This document shows positions 41,501 through 56,013 of a DNA stretch of 64,000 nt, piece after piece. The DNA comes from the human T2T-CHM13v2.0 reference genome, Homo sapiens: assembly GCF_009914755.1 (NCBI RefSeq), contig NC_060948.1; one strand, given 5' to 3'. The first letter of the stretch is position 1; every line of letters begins with the position of its first letter. A program made the translations under genes and the position numbers. The notes under the pieces were generated by a model. It worked only from the letters and a program-made list of their open reading frames with translations, made no database searches and was not told the origin of the DNA.

Positions 41501-42752
41501 GGAAGGGAATGAAATTGAATCAACAGGAATGGAAGGGAATAGAATAGACTGTAATGGAATGGACTCGAATAGAATGGACACGAATGCTCAAATTAAATGG
41601 ACTCGAATGGAATGGAAACGAAAGGAATGTCATCGAATGGAATTGAATCGATTGGAATGAAATCGCATAGAATGGAGTGGAATCAAATGGAATTGAATCG
41701 AAAGGAAAGGAAGCGAATGGACTGAAATGAAATGGAATGGAATTGAATGGAAAGTAATGCAATGGAATAGAATGGAACGAAATTTCACGGAATGGAATCA
41801 AACTGAATGGAATCAAATCAATGGAATCAAATCAAATGGAATGGAAAGGAATTGAATGGAGTAGATGGGATTGGATGGGATTGGAATGAAATGTACTGGA
41901 AAGGACTCGAATTTCATGAAACGGAATGGAATGAATTGGAACGGAATGGACTCGAATGGAATGGAATGTCATGGGATTGCATCAAATGGAATGGCATCAA
42001 ATGGAATGGAATCGAATGCAATGGAATGCTATGGAATGGAATGGAATGCATTGGAATGGAATGTCCTCTAATGGAATGGATTCGAGTGGAATGGAATTGA
42101 ATATAATGGAGTCGAATGAAATGGAATTGAAAGGAATGGGATCGAATACAATGGAATATACTGGAATGTAACGTAATGAACTCGAATGTAATTGACTGGA
42201 ATGGAATGTACATGAATGGAATGTAATCGAATGGAAAGTAATCCAATGGAATAGAATCTAATGCAATAAAATCGACTCAGATAGAGTAGAATGTAATGGA
42301 ATGGAGTGCAGTGCAATGGAATGGAATGGAATGGAATGCAATGGAATGGAATGGAATGGAATGGAATGGAATGGAATGGAATGGAATGGGATGGAATGGT
42401 ATGGAATGGATAGTAATGGACTGGAGTGAAATGGACTGGAAAGGAATGGACTCAAATTGAAAGGGCTCGAAAGGAATGGAGTCAAATGGAATGGTCTGGA
42501 ATGGAATGAACACGAATGTAATGCAACCCAATAGAATGGAATCGAATGGCATGGAATATAAAGAAATGGAATCGAAGAGAATGGAAACAAATGGAATGGA
42601 ATTGAATGGAATGGAATTGAATGGAATGGGAACGAATGGAGTGAAATTGTATGCAGTAGAATGGAATAGAATGGAATGCAAGCGAAAGGAAAGGAATGGA
42701 TTGGAATGGAATGGAATTCATTGGAATGGAAGGGAATGTAGTGTAATGGACA
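35585..42752. repeat. DYZ1 monomers 11 and 12 (2 x 3584 bp, B2 pair)
   Basis: GGCC at 35585, 39169, 42753; shared GGGATTGCATC and GGAACCAAAC. Confidence 0.9.
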
Positions 42753-45700
42753 GGCCTGGAATAAAGTGGAATGCTACGGTCTCGAATGGAATAAAAATGT
42801 ATGGAATGGAATGCAATGAAACGGAATCGAATGTCATAGAATGTAATGGAATGCAAAAAAATGGAATCCAAAATCATTGACTGGAAAGGCTGGGTGTCGA
42901 AAGGAATTGACTCCAATGGAATGGAATCGAATGGAATGGAAGTGAATAGAATCGAACTAAATCGAATGGAATGGAATTGATAGGAACGGAATGGAAAGGA
43001 ATGCAATGATTTGGCATGGAATGGAATCGAATGGCATCGAATGGAATGGAATGGAATGCAATGGAATGGAATGTATTAGAATGGAATGAACTTTAATGGA
43101 ATGTACTCGAATGGATTCGACTGGAATGGAATGTTCTGGAAGTGAATGGACTCCAATGGAATGGATTCAAAAGGAATGGAATCGTACGGAATGGAATCTA
43201 ATGGAATGGAATTAAATGGAAATGAATCAAATTGAATAGCACGGAATTGAATTGAATGGAATGGAATGCAATGGAATCTAATGAAACGGAAAGGAAAGGA
43301 ATGGAATGGAATGGAATGGGCTGGAATGGAAAGGAATCGAAACGAATGGAATGGAATCGAACTGAAGAGACTGGAATGGAATGCACTGGAATGGAAGGGA
43401 GTGTAATGGAAGGTTCTCGAAAAAAATGGAATCGAATGGAATGGAATTGAATGGAACGGAATAGAGTCGAATGGAATTGAATGGAATGGAATGGACTAGA
43501 GTGAAATGGAATCGAACCACAAGGAATGGACAGGAATAGAATGGTCTCGAATTGAATGGAATCGTATGGAATGGCATCAAACGGAATGGAATGGACAGCC
43601 ACGGAATGGAATGCACTCGAATGCAATGGAGTCGAAACAAATGGACTGGAATAGAATGGACTCGACTGGTACGGACTCCAATGGAATGGAATCGAATGGA
43701 AGGGAATCGAACGGAAGGGAATCGAACGGAATGGACTCGAAGGGAAAAGACTGCAATGGAAAGGTCTCGAATGGAATGGAAATTAATGGAATGGAATGGA
43801 ATCGAATGAAATGGAGTCAAAAGGAATGGAATCGAATGGCAAGAAATCGAATGTAATGGAATCGCCAGGAATTGATGTGAACGGAACGGAATGGAATGGA
43901 ATCCAAAGGAATGGAATAGAATGGAATGGAATCGAATGGAAAGGACTCCAATGGAAATCACTCGAATAGAATGCAATTTAATAAAATAGGATCAAATGTA
44001 ATGGAATGGAATGGAAAGGAATCGAAACGAAAGGAATGGAGACAGATGGAATGGAATGGAACAGAGAGCAATGGTATAGAATGGAATGGAATCATCTGGA
44101 ATGGAATTGAATGGAATGGAATAATATGAAATGGAATGGAATGGAATGGAATGGAATGCCCTTGAATTAAATGGACTGGAATGGAATGGACTCAAACAGA
44201 GTGGAATGGAAAGTGTGGAGATAGAATGGAATGAACTCCTTTGGAATGGTGTAGTATGCAATGCAATCGACTGGCAGGGAATCAAAAGGAATGTAATCGA
44301 ATGGATTGGACTGGAATGCAATGGACTCGAATAGATTGGAAACGGAATGCAAAGGAATGGAATGGAATAGTATGGAATGCAATGGAAGGGAATGGAGTGG
44401 AATAGACTAGAGTGGAATGGAATGGACTGGAAAGCAATGGACTGAAATGGAACTTTCCTGAATGGACTGGAATCAAACGGAATGGAATGCAATGCAATCA
44501 AATGGCATGGAATAAAATAGAATGAAAGAGAATCAAATGGAATTGAATCGAATGGAATCGAATGGATTGGAAAGGAATAGAATGGAATGGAATGGAATTG
44601 ACTCAAATGGAATGGACTAGAATGGAATGGATTCGAATGGAAGGCAAAGGAATGGAATCTATTGGAATGGACTGTAATGGAATGGAATGGAAGGGATTGG
44701 AATGGACTCGAATGGAATGGACTGCAATAGAAAGGATTCGAATGGAATGAAAAAGAATTGAATGGAATAGAACAGAATGGAATCAAATCGAATGAAATGG
44801 AATGGAATAGAAAGGAATGGAATGAAATGGAATGGAAAGGATTCGAATGGAATGCAATCGAATGGAATGGAATCGAACGGAATGGAATAAAATGGAAGAA
44901 AACTGGCAATAAATGGAATCGAAATGAATGGAGTGTTATGGAACGGACTCAAAAGGAATTGAATGTAATAGAATGGAGTGGAGTGGACTCGAATATAATG
45001 GACTGGAATGGAATGAAATCACATGGAATGGGAACGAATGGAATGGAATGGAAAGGAATGGAATCGAATGGAAAGGAATCGAATGGAAGGGAATGAAATT
45101 GAATCAACACGAATGGAAGGGAATAGAATAGACTGTAATGGAATGGACTCGAATAGAATGGACACGAATGCTCAAATTAAATGGACTCGAATGGAATGGA
45201 AACGAAAGGAATGTCATCGAATGGAATTGAATCGATTGGAATGAAATCGCATAGAATGGAGTGGAATCAAATGGAATTGAATCGAAAGGAAAGGAAGCGA
45301 ATGGACTGAAATGAAATGGAATGGAATTGAATGGAAAGTAATGCAATGGAATAGAATGGAACGAAATTTCACGGAATGGAATCAAACTGAATGGAATCAA
45401 ATCAATGGAATCAAATCAAATGGAATGGAAAGGAATTGAATGGAGTAGATGGGATTGGATGGGATTGGAATGAAATGTACTGGAAAGGACTCGAATTTCA
45501 TGAAACGGAATGGAATGAATTGGAACGGAATGGACTCGAATGGAATGGAATGTCATGGGATGGCATCAAATGGAATGGCATCAAATGGAATGGAATCGAA
45601 TGCAATGGAATGCTATGGAATGGAATGGAATGCATTGGAATGGAATGTCCTCTAATGGAATGGATTCGAGTGGAATGGAATTGAATATAATGGAGTCGAA

Positions 45701-46316
45701 TGAAATGGAATTGAAAGGAATGGGATCGAATACAATGGAATATACTGGAATGTAACGTAATGAACTCGAATGTAATTGACTGGAATGGAATGTACATGAA
45801 TGGAATGTAATCGAATGGAAAGTAATCCAATGGAATAGAATCTAATGCAATAAAATCGACTCAGATAGAGTAGAATGTAATGGAATGGAGTGCAGTGCAA
45901 TGGAATGGAATGGAATGGAATGCAATGGAATGGAATGGAATGGAATGGAATGGAATGGAATGGAATGGGATGGAATGGTATGGAATGGATAGTAATGGAC
46001 TGGAGTGAAATGGACTGGAAAGGAATGGACTCAAATTGAAAGGGCTCGAAAGGAATGGAGTCAAATGGAATGGTCTGGAATGGAATGAACACGAATGTAA
46101 TGCAACCCAATAGAATGGAATCGAATGGCATGGAATATAAAGAAATGGAATCGAAGAGAATGGAAACAAATGGAATGGAATTGAATGGAATGGGAACGAA
46201 TGGAGTGAAATTGTATGCAGTAGAAGAGAATAGAATGGAATGCAAGCGAAAGGAAAGGAATGGATTGGAATGGAATGGAATTCATTGGAATGGAAGGGAA
46301 TGTAGTGTAATGGACA
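42753..46316. repeat. DYZ1 monomer 13 (3564 bp, B variant)
   Basis: HaeIII interval; 15-bp deletion near 46180. Confidence 0.9.
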
Positions 46317-48987
46317 GGCCTGGAATAAAGTGGAATGCTACGGTCTCGAATGGAATAAAAATGTATGGAATGGAATGCAATGAAACGGAATCGAATGTCA
46401 TAGAATGTAATGGAATGCAAAAAAATGGAATCCAAAATCATTGACTGGAAAGGCTGGGTGTCGAAAGGAATTGACTCCAATGGAATGGAATCGAATGGAA
46501 TGGAAGTGAATAGAATCGAACTAAATCGAATGGAATGGAATTGATAGGAACGGAATGGAAAGGAATGCAATGATTTGGCATGGAATGGAATCGAATGGCA
46601 TCGAATGGAATGGAATGGAATGCAATGGAATGGAATGTATTAGAATGGAATGAACTTTAATGGAATGTACTCGAATGGATTCGACTGGAATGGAATGTTC
46701 TGGAAGTGAATGGACTCCAATGGAATGGATTCAAAAGGAATGGAATCGTACGGAATGGAATCTAATGGAATGGAATTAAATGGAAATGAATCAAATTGAA
46801 TAGCACGGAATTGAATTGAATGGAATGGAATGCAATGGAATCTAATGAAACGGAAAGGAAAGGAATGGAATGGAATGGAATGGGCTGGAATGGAAAGGAA
46901 TCGAAACGAATGGAATGGAATCGAACTGAAGAGACTGGAATGGAATGCACTGGAATGGAAGGGAGTGTAATGGAAGGTTCTCGAAAAAAATGGAATCGAA
47001 TGGAATGGAATTGAATGGAACGGAATAGAGTCGAATGGAATTGAATGGAATGGAATGGACTAGAGTGAAATGGAATCGAACCACAAGGAATGGACAGGAA
47101 TAGAATGGTCTCGAATTGAATGGAATCGTATGGAATGGCATCAAACGGAATGGAATGGACAGCCACGGAATGGAATGCACTCGAATGCAATGGAGTCGAA
47201 ACTAACGGACTGGAATAGAATGGACTCGATTGGTACGGACTCCAATGGAATGGAATCGAATGGAAGGGAATCGAACGGAAGGGAATCGAACGGAATGGAC
47301 TCGAAGGGAAAAGACTGCAATGGAAAGGTCTCGAATGGAATGGAAATTAATGGAATGGAATGGAATCGAATGAAATGGAGTCAAAAGGAATGGAATCGAA
47401 TGGCAAGAAATCGAATGTAATGGAATCGCAAGGAATTGATGTGAACGGAACGGAATGGAATGGAATCCAAAGGAATGGAATAGAATGGAATGGAATCGAA
47501 TGGAAAGGACTCGAATGGAAATCACTCGAATAGAATGCAATTTAATAAAATAGGATCAAATGTAATAGAATGGAATGGAAAGGAATCGAAACGGAAGGAA
47601 TGGAGACAGATGGAATGGAATGGAACAGAGAGCAATGGTATAGAATGGAATGGAATCATCTGGAATGGAATTGAATGGAATGGAATAATATGAAATGGAA
47701 TGGAATGGAATGGAATGGAATGCCCTTGAATTAAATGGACTGGACTCGAACAGAGTGGAATGGAAAGTGTTGAGATAGAATGGAATGGACTCCTTTGGAA
47801 TGGTCTAGTATGCAATGCAATCGACTGGCAGGGAATCAAAAGGAATGTAATCGAATGGATTGGACTGGAATGCAATGGACTCGAATAGATTGGAAACGGA
47901 ATGCAAAGGAATGGAATGGAATAGTATGGAATGCAATGGAAGGGAATGGAGTGGAATAGACTAGAGTGGAATGGAATGGACTGGAAAGCAATGGACTGGA
48001 ATGGAACTTTCTTGGATGGATGGGAATCAAACGGAATGGAATGCAATGCAATCAAATGGCATGGAATAAAATAGAATGAAAGAGAATCAAATGGAATTGA
48101 ATCGAATGGAATCGAATGGATTGGAAAGGAATAGAATGGAATGGAATGGAATTGACTCAAATGGAATGGACTAGAATGGAATGGATTCGAATGGAATGGA
48201 ATGTCATGGAATGGCATCAAATGGAATGGCATCAAATGGAATGGAATCGAATGCAATGGAATGCTATGGAATGGAATGGAATGCATTGGAATGGAATGTC
48301 CTCTAATGGAATGGATTCGAGTGGAATGGAATTGAATATAATGGAGTCGAATGAAATGGAATTGAAAGGAATGGGATCGAATACAATGGAATATACTGGA
48401 ATGTAACGTAATGAACTCGAATGTAATTGACTGGAATGGAATGTACATGAATGGAATGTAATCGAATGGAAAGTAATCCAATGGAATAGAATCTAATGTA
48501 ATAAAATCGACTCAGATAGAGTAGAATGTAATGGAATGGAGTGCAGTGCAATGGAATGGAATGGAATGGAATGCAATGGAATGGAATGGAATGGAATGGA
48601 ATGGAATGGAATGGAATGGAATGGGATGGAATGGTATGGAATGGATAGTAATGGACTGGAGTGAAATGGACTGGAAAGGAATGGACTCAAATTGAAAGGG
48701 CTCGAAAGGAATGGAGTCAAATGGAATGGTCTGGAATGGAATGAACACGAATGTAATGCAATCCAATAGAATGGAATCGAATGGCATGGAATATAAAGAA
48801 ATGGAATCGAAGAGAATGGAAACAAATGGAATGGAATTGAATGGAATGGAATTGAATGGAATGTGAACGAATGGAGTGAAATTGTATGCAGTAGAAGAGA
48901 ATAGAATGGAATGCAAGCGAAAGGAAAGGAATGGATTGGAATGGAATGGAATTCATTGGAATGGAAGGGAATGTAGTGTAATGGACA
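46317..48987. repeat. Deleted DYZ1 monomer 14 (2671 bp, D type, 903-bp deletion)
   Basis: Junction TCGAATGGAA at 48187-48196. Confidence 0.9.
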
Positions 48988-51900
48988 GGCCTGGAATAAA
49001 GTGGAATGCTACGGTCTCGAATGGAATAAAAATGTATGGAATGGAATGCAATGAAACGGAATCGAATGTCATAGAATGTAATGGAATGCAAAAAAATGGA
49101 ATCCAAAATCATTGACTGGAAAGGCTGGGTGTCGAAAGGAATTGACTCCAATGGAATGGAATCGAATGGAATGGAAGTGAATAGAATCGAACTAAATCGA
49201 ATGGAATGGAATTGATAGGAACGGAATGGAAAGGAATGCAATGATTTGGCATGGAATGGAATCGAATGGCATCGAATGGAATGGAATGCAATGCAATGGA
49301 ATGGAATGTATTAGAATGTAATGAACTTTAATGGAATGTACTCGAATGGATTCGACTGGAATGGAATGTTCTGGAAGTGAATGGACTCCAATGGAATGGA
49401 TTCAAAAGGAATGGAATCGTACGGAATGGAATCTAATGGAATGGAATTAAATGGAAATGAATCAAATTGAATAGCACGGAATTGAATTGAATGGAATGGA
49501 ATGCAATGGAATCTAATGAAACGGAAAGGAAAGGAATGGAATGGAATGGAATGGACTGGAATGGAAAGGAATCGAAACGAATGGAATGGAATCGAACTGA
49601 AGAGACTGGAATGGAATGCACTGGAATGGAAGGGAGTGTAATGGAAGGTTGTCGAAAAAAATGGAATCGAATGGAATGGAATTGAATGGAACGGAATAGA
49701 GTCGAATGGAATTGAATGGAATGGAATGGACTAGAGTGAAATGGAATCGAACCACAAGGAATGGACAGGAATAGAATGGTCTCGAATTGAATGGAATCGT
49801 ATGGAATGGCATCAAACGGAATGGAATGGACAGCCACGGAATGGAATGCACTCGAATGCAATGGAGTCGAAACTAATGGACTGGAATAGAATGGACTCGA
49901 CTGGTACGGACTCCAATGGAATGGAATCGAATGGAAGGGAATCGAACGGAAGGGAATCGAACGGAATGGACTCGAAGGGAAAAGACTGCAATAGAAAGGT
50001 CTCGAATGGAATGGAAATTAATGGAATGGAATGGAATCGAATGAAATGGAGTCAAAAGGAATGGAATCGAATGGCAAGAAATGGAATGTAATGGAATCGC
50101 CAGGAATTGATGTGAACGGAGCGGAATGGAATGGAATCCAAAGGAATGGAATAGAATGGAATGGAATCGAATGGAAAGGACTCGAATGGAAATCACTCGA
50201 ATAGAATGCAATTTAATAAAATAGGATCAAATGTAATGGAATGGAATGGAAAGGAATCGAAACGAAAGGAATGGAGACAGATGGAATGGAATGGAACAGA
50301 GAGCAATGGTATAGAATGGAATGGAATCATCTGGAATGGAATTGAATGGAATGGAATGGAATGCCCTTGAATTAAATGGACTGGAATGGAATGGACTCAA
50401 ACAGAGTGGAATGGAAAGTGTTGAGATAGAATGGAATGAACTCCTTTGGAATGGTCTAGTAGGCAATGCAATCGACTGGCAGGGAATCAAAAGGAATGTA
50501 ATCGAATGGATTGGACTGGAATGCAATGGACTCGAATAGATTGGAAACGGAATGCAAAGGAATGGAATGGAATAGTATGGAATGGAATGGAAAGGAATGG
50601 AGTGGAATAGACTAGAGTGGAATGGAATGGACTGGAAAGCAATGGACTGGAATGGAACTTTCTTGAATGGACTGGAATCAAACGGAATGGAATGCAATGC
50701 AATCAAATGGCATGGAATAAAATAGAATGAAAGAGAATCAAATGGAATTGAATCGAATGGAATCGAATGGATTGGAAAGGAATAGAACGGAATGGAATGG
50801 AATTGACTCAAATGGAATGGACTAGAATGGAATGGATTCGAATGGAAGACAAAGGAATGGAATCTATTGGAATGGACTGTAATGGAATGGAATGGAAGGG
50901 ATTGGAATGGACTCGAATGGAATGGACTGCAATAGAAAGGATTCGAATGGAATGAAAAAGAATTGAATGGAATAGAACAGAATGGAATCAAATCGAATGA
51001 AATGGAATGGAATAGAAAGGAATGGAATGAAATGGAATGAAAAGGATTCCAATGGAATGCAATCGAATGGAATGGAATCGAACGGAATGGAATAAAATGG
51101 AAGAAAACTGGCAATAAATGGAATCGAAATGAATGGAGTGTTATGGAACGGACTCAAAAGGAATTGAATGTAATAGAATGGAGTGGAGTGGACTCGAATA
51201 TAATGGACTGGAATGGAATGAAATCACATGGAATGGGAACGAATGGAATGGAATGGAAAGGAATGGAATCGAATGGAAAGGAATCGAATGGAGGGAATGA
51301 AATTGAATCAACAGGAATGGAAGGGAATAGAATAGACGGTAATGGAATGGACTCGAATAGAATGGACACGAATGCTGAAATTGAATGGACTCGAATGGAA
51401 TGGAAACGAAAGGAATGTCATCGAATGGAATTGAATCGATTGGAATGAAATCGCATAGAATGGAGTGGAATCAAATGGAATTGAATCGAAAGGAAAGGAA
51501 GCGAATGGACTGAAATGAAATGGAATGGAATTGAATGGAAAGTAACGCAATGGAATAGAATGGAACGAAATTTCACGGAATGGAATCAAACTGAATGGAA
51601 TCAAATCAATGGAATCAAATCAAATGGAATGGAAAGGAATTGAATGGAGTAGATGGGATTGGATGGGATTGGAATGAAATGTACTGGAAAGGACTCGAAT
51701 TTCATGAAACGGAATGGAATGAATTGGAACGGAATGGACTCGAATGGAATGGAATGTCATGGGATGGCATCAAATGGAATGGCATCAAATGGAATGGAAT
51801 CGAATGCAATGGAATGCTATGGAATGGAATGGAATGCATTGGAATGGAATGTCCTCTAATGGAATGGATTCGAGTGGAATGGAATTGAATATAATGGAGT

Positions 51901-54900
51901 CGAATGAAATGGAATTGAAAAGAATGGGATCGAATACAATGGAATATACTGGAATGTAACGTAATGAACTCGAATGTAATTGACTGGAATGGAATGTACA
52001 TGAATGGAATGTAATCGAATGGAAAGTAATCCAATGGAATAGAATCTAATGCAATAAAATCGACTCAGATAGAGTAGAATGTAATGGAATGGAGTGTTGT
52101 GCAATGGAATGGAATGGAATGGAATGCAATGGAATGGAATGGAATGGAATGGGATGGAATGGTATGGAATGGATAGTAATGGACTGGAGTGAAATGGACT
52201 GGAAAGGAATGGACTCAAATTGAAAGGGCACGAAAGGAATGGAGTCAAATGGAATGGTCTGGAATGGAATGAACACGAATGTAATGCAACCCAATAGAAT
52301 GGAATCGAATGGCATGGAATATAAAGAAATGGAATCGAAGAGAATGGAAACAAATGGAATGGAATTGAATGGAATGTGAACGAATGGAGTGAAATTGTAT
52401 GCAGTAGAAGAGAATAGAATGGAATGCAAGCGAAAGGAAAGGAATGGATTGGAATGGAATGGAATTCATTGGAATGGAAGGGAATGTAGTGTAATGGACA
52501 GGCCTGGAATAAAGTGGAATGCTACGGTCTCGAATGGAATAAAAATGTATGGAATGGAATGCAATGAAACGGAATCGAATGTCATAGAATGTAATGGAAT
52601 GCAAAAAAATGGAATCCAAAATCATTGACTGGAAAGGCTGGGTGTCGAAAGGAATTGACTCCAATGGAATGGAATCGAATGGAATGGAAGTGAATAGAAT
52701 CGAACTAAATCGAATGGAATGGAATTGATAGGAACGGAATGGAAAGGAATGCAATGATTTGGCATGGAATGGAATCGAATGGCATCGAATGGAATGGAAT
52801 GCAATGCAATGGAATGGAATGTATTAGAATGTAATGAACTTTAATGGAATGTACTCGAATGGATTCGACTGGAATGGAATGTTCTGGAAGTGAATGGACT
52901 CCAATGGAATGGATTCAAAAGGAATGGAATCGTACGGAATGGAATCTAATGGAATGGAATTAAATGGAAATGAATCAAATTGAATAGCACGGAATTGAAT
53001 TGAATGGAATGGAATGCAATGGAATCTAATGAAACGGAAAGGAAAGGAATGGAATGGAATGGAATGGACTGGAATGGAAAGGAATCGAAACGAATGGAAT
53101 GGAATCGAACTGAAGAGACTGGAATGGAATGCACTGGAATGGAAGGGAGTGTAATGGAAGGTTGTCGAAAAAAATGGAATCGAATGGAATGGAATTGAAT
53201 GGAACGGAATAGAGTCGAATGGAATTGAATGGAATGGAATGGACTAGAGTGAAATGGAATCGAACCACAAGGAATGGACAGGAATAGAATGGTCTCGAAT
53301 TGAATGGAATCGTATGGAATGGCATCAAACGGAATGGAATGGACAGCCACGGAATGGAATGCACTCGAATGCAATGGAGTCGAAACTAATGGACTGGAAT
53401 AGAATGGACTCGACTGGTACGGACTCCAATGGAATGGAATCGAATGGAAGGGAATCGAACGGAAGGGAATCGAACGGAATGGACTCGAAGGGAAAAGACT
53501 GCAATAGAAAGGTCTCGAATGGAATGGAAATTAATGGAATGGAATGGAATCGAATGAAATGGAGTCAAAAGGAATGGAATCGAATGGCAAGAAATGGAAT
53601 GTAATGGAATCGCCAGGAATTGATGTGAACGGAGCGGAATGGAATGGAATCCAAAGGAATGGAATAGAATGGAATGGAATCGAATGGAAAGGACTCGAAT
53701 GGAAATCACTCGAATAGAATGCAATTTAATAAAATAGGATCAAATGTAATGGAATGGAATGGAAAGGAATCGAAACGAAAGGAATGGAGACAGATGGAAT
53801 GGAATGGAACAGAGAGCAATGGTATAGAATGGAATGGAATCATCTGGAATGGAATTGAATGGAATGGAATGGAATGCCCTTGAATTAAATGGACTGGAAT
53901 GGAATGGACTCAAACAGAGTGGAATGGAAAGTGTTGAGATAGAATGGAATGAACTCCTTTGGAATGGTCTAGTAGGCAATGCAATCGACTGGCAGGGAAT
54001 CAAAAGGAATGTAATCGAATGGATTGGACTGGAATGCAATGGACTCGAATAGATTGGAAACGGAATGCAAAGGAATGGAATGGAATAGTATGGAATGGAA
54101 TGGAAAGGAATGGAGTGGAATAGACTAGAGTGGAATGGAATGGACTGGAAAGCAATGGACTGGAATGGAACTTTCTTGAATGGACTGGAATCAAACGGAA
54201 TGGAATGCAATGCAATCAAATGGCATGGAATAAAATAGAATGAAAGAGAATCAAATGGAATTGAATCGAATGGAATCGAATGGATTGGAAAGGAATAGAA
54301 CGGAATGGAATGGAATTGACTCAAATGGAATGGACTAGAATGGAATGGATTCGAATGGAAGACAAAGGAATGGAATCTATTGGAATGGACTGTAATGGAA
54401 TGGAATGGAAGGGATTGGAATGGACTCGAATGGAATGGACTGCAATAGAAAGGATTCGAATGGAATGAAAAAGAATTGAATGGAATAGAACAGAATGGAA
54501 TCAAATCGAATGAAATGGAATGGAATAGAAAGGAATGGAATGAAATGGAATGAAAAGGATTCCAATGGAATGCAATCGAATGGAATGGAATCGAACGGAA
54601 TGGAATAAAATGGAAGAAAACTGGCAATAAATGGAATCGAAATGAATGGAGTGTTATGGAACGGACTCAAAAGGAATTGAATGTAATAGAATGGAGTGGA
54701 GTGGACTCGAATATAATGGACTGGAATGGAATGAAATCACATGGAATGGGAACGAATGGAATGGAATGGAAAGGAATGGAATCGAATGGAAAGGAATCGA
54801 ATGGAGGGAATGAAATTGAATCAACAGGAATGGAAGGGAATAGAATAGACGGTAATGGAATGGACTCGAATAGAATGGACACGAATGCTCAAATTGAATG

Positions 54901-56013
54901 GACTCGAATGGAATGGAAACGAAAGGAATGTCATCGAATGGAATTGAATCGATTGGAATGAAATCGCATAGAATGGAGTGGAATCAAATGGAATTGAATC
55001 GAAAGGAAAGGAAGCGAATGGACTGAAATGAAATGGAATGGAATTGAATGGAAAGTAACGCAATGGAATAGAATGGAACGAAATTTCACGGAATGGAATC
55101 AAACTGAATGGAATCAAATCAATGGAATCAAATCAAATGGAATGGAAAGGAATTGAATGGAGTAGATGGGATTGGATGGGATTGGAATGAAATGTACTGG
55201 AAAGGACTCGAATTTCATGAAACGGAATGGAATGAATTGGAACGGAATGGACTCGAATGGAATGGAATGTCATGGGATGGCATCAAATGGAATGGCATCA
55301 AATGGAATGGAATCGAATGCAATGGAATGCTATGGAATGGAATGGAATGCATTGGAATGGAATGTCCTCTAATGGAATGGATTCGAGTGGAATGGAATTG
55401 AATATAATGGAGTCGAATGAAATGGAATTGAAAAGAATGGGATCGAATACAATGGAATATACTGGAATGTAACGTAATGAACTCGAATGTAATTGACTGG
55501 AATGGAATGTACATGAATGGAATGTAATCGAATGGAAAGTAATCCAATGGAATAGAATCTAATGCAATAAAATCGACTCAGATAGAGTAGAATGTAATGG
55601 AATGGAGTGTTGTGCAATGGAATGGAATGGAATGGAATGCAATGGAATGGAATGGAATGGAATGGGATGGAATGGTATGGAATGGATAGTAATGGACTGG
55701 AGTGAAATGGACTGGAAAGGAATGGACTCAAATTGAAAGGGCACGAAAGGAATGGAGTCAAATGGAATGGTCTGGAATGGAATGAACACGAATGTAATGC
55801 AACCCAATAGAATGGAATCGAATGGCATGGAATATAAAGAAATGGAATCGAAGAGAATGGAAACAAATGGAATGGAATTGAATGGAATGTGAACGAATGG
55901 AGTGAAATTGTATGCAGTAGAAGAGAATAGAATGGAATGCAAGCGAAAGGAAAGGAATGGATTGGAATGGAATGGAATTCATTGGAATGGAAGGGAATGT
56001 AGTGTAATGGACA
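48988..56013. repeat. DYZ1 monomers 15 and 16 (2 x 3513 bp, C type)
   Basis: GGCC at 48988, 52501, 56014; shared 30-bp and 1-bp deletions. Confidence 0.9.
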
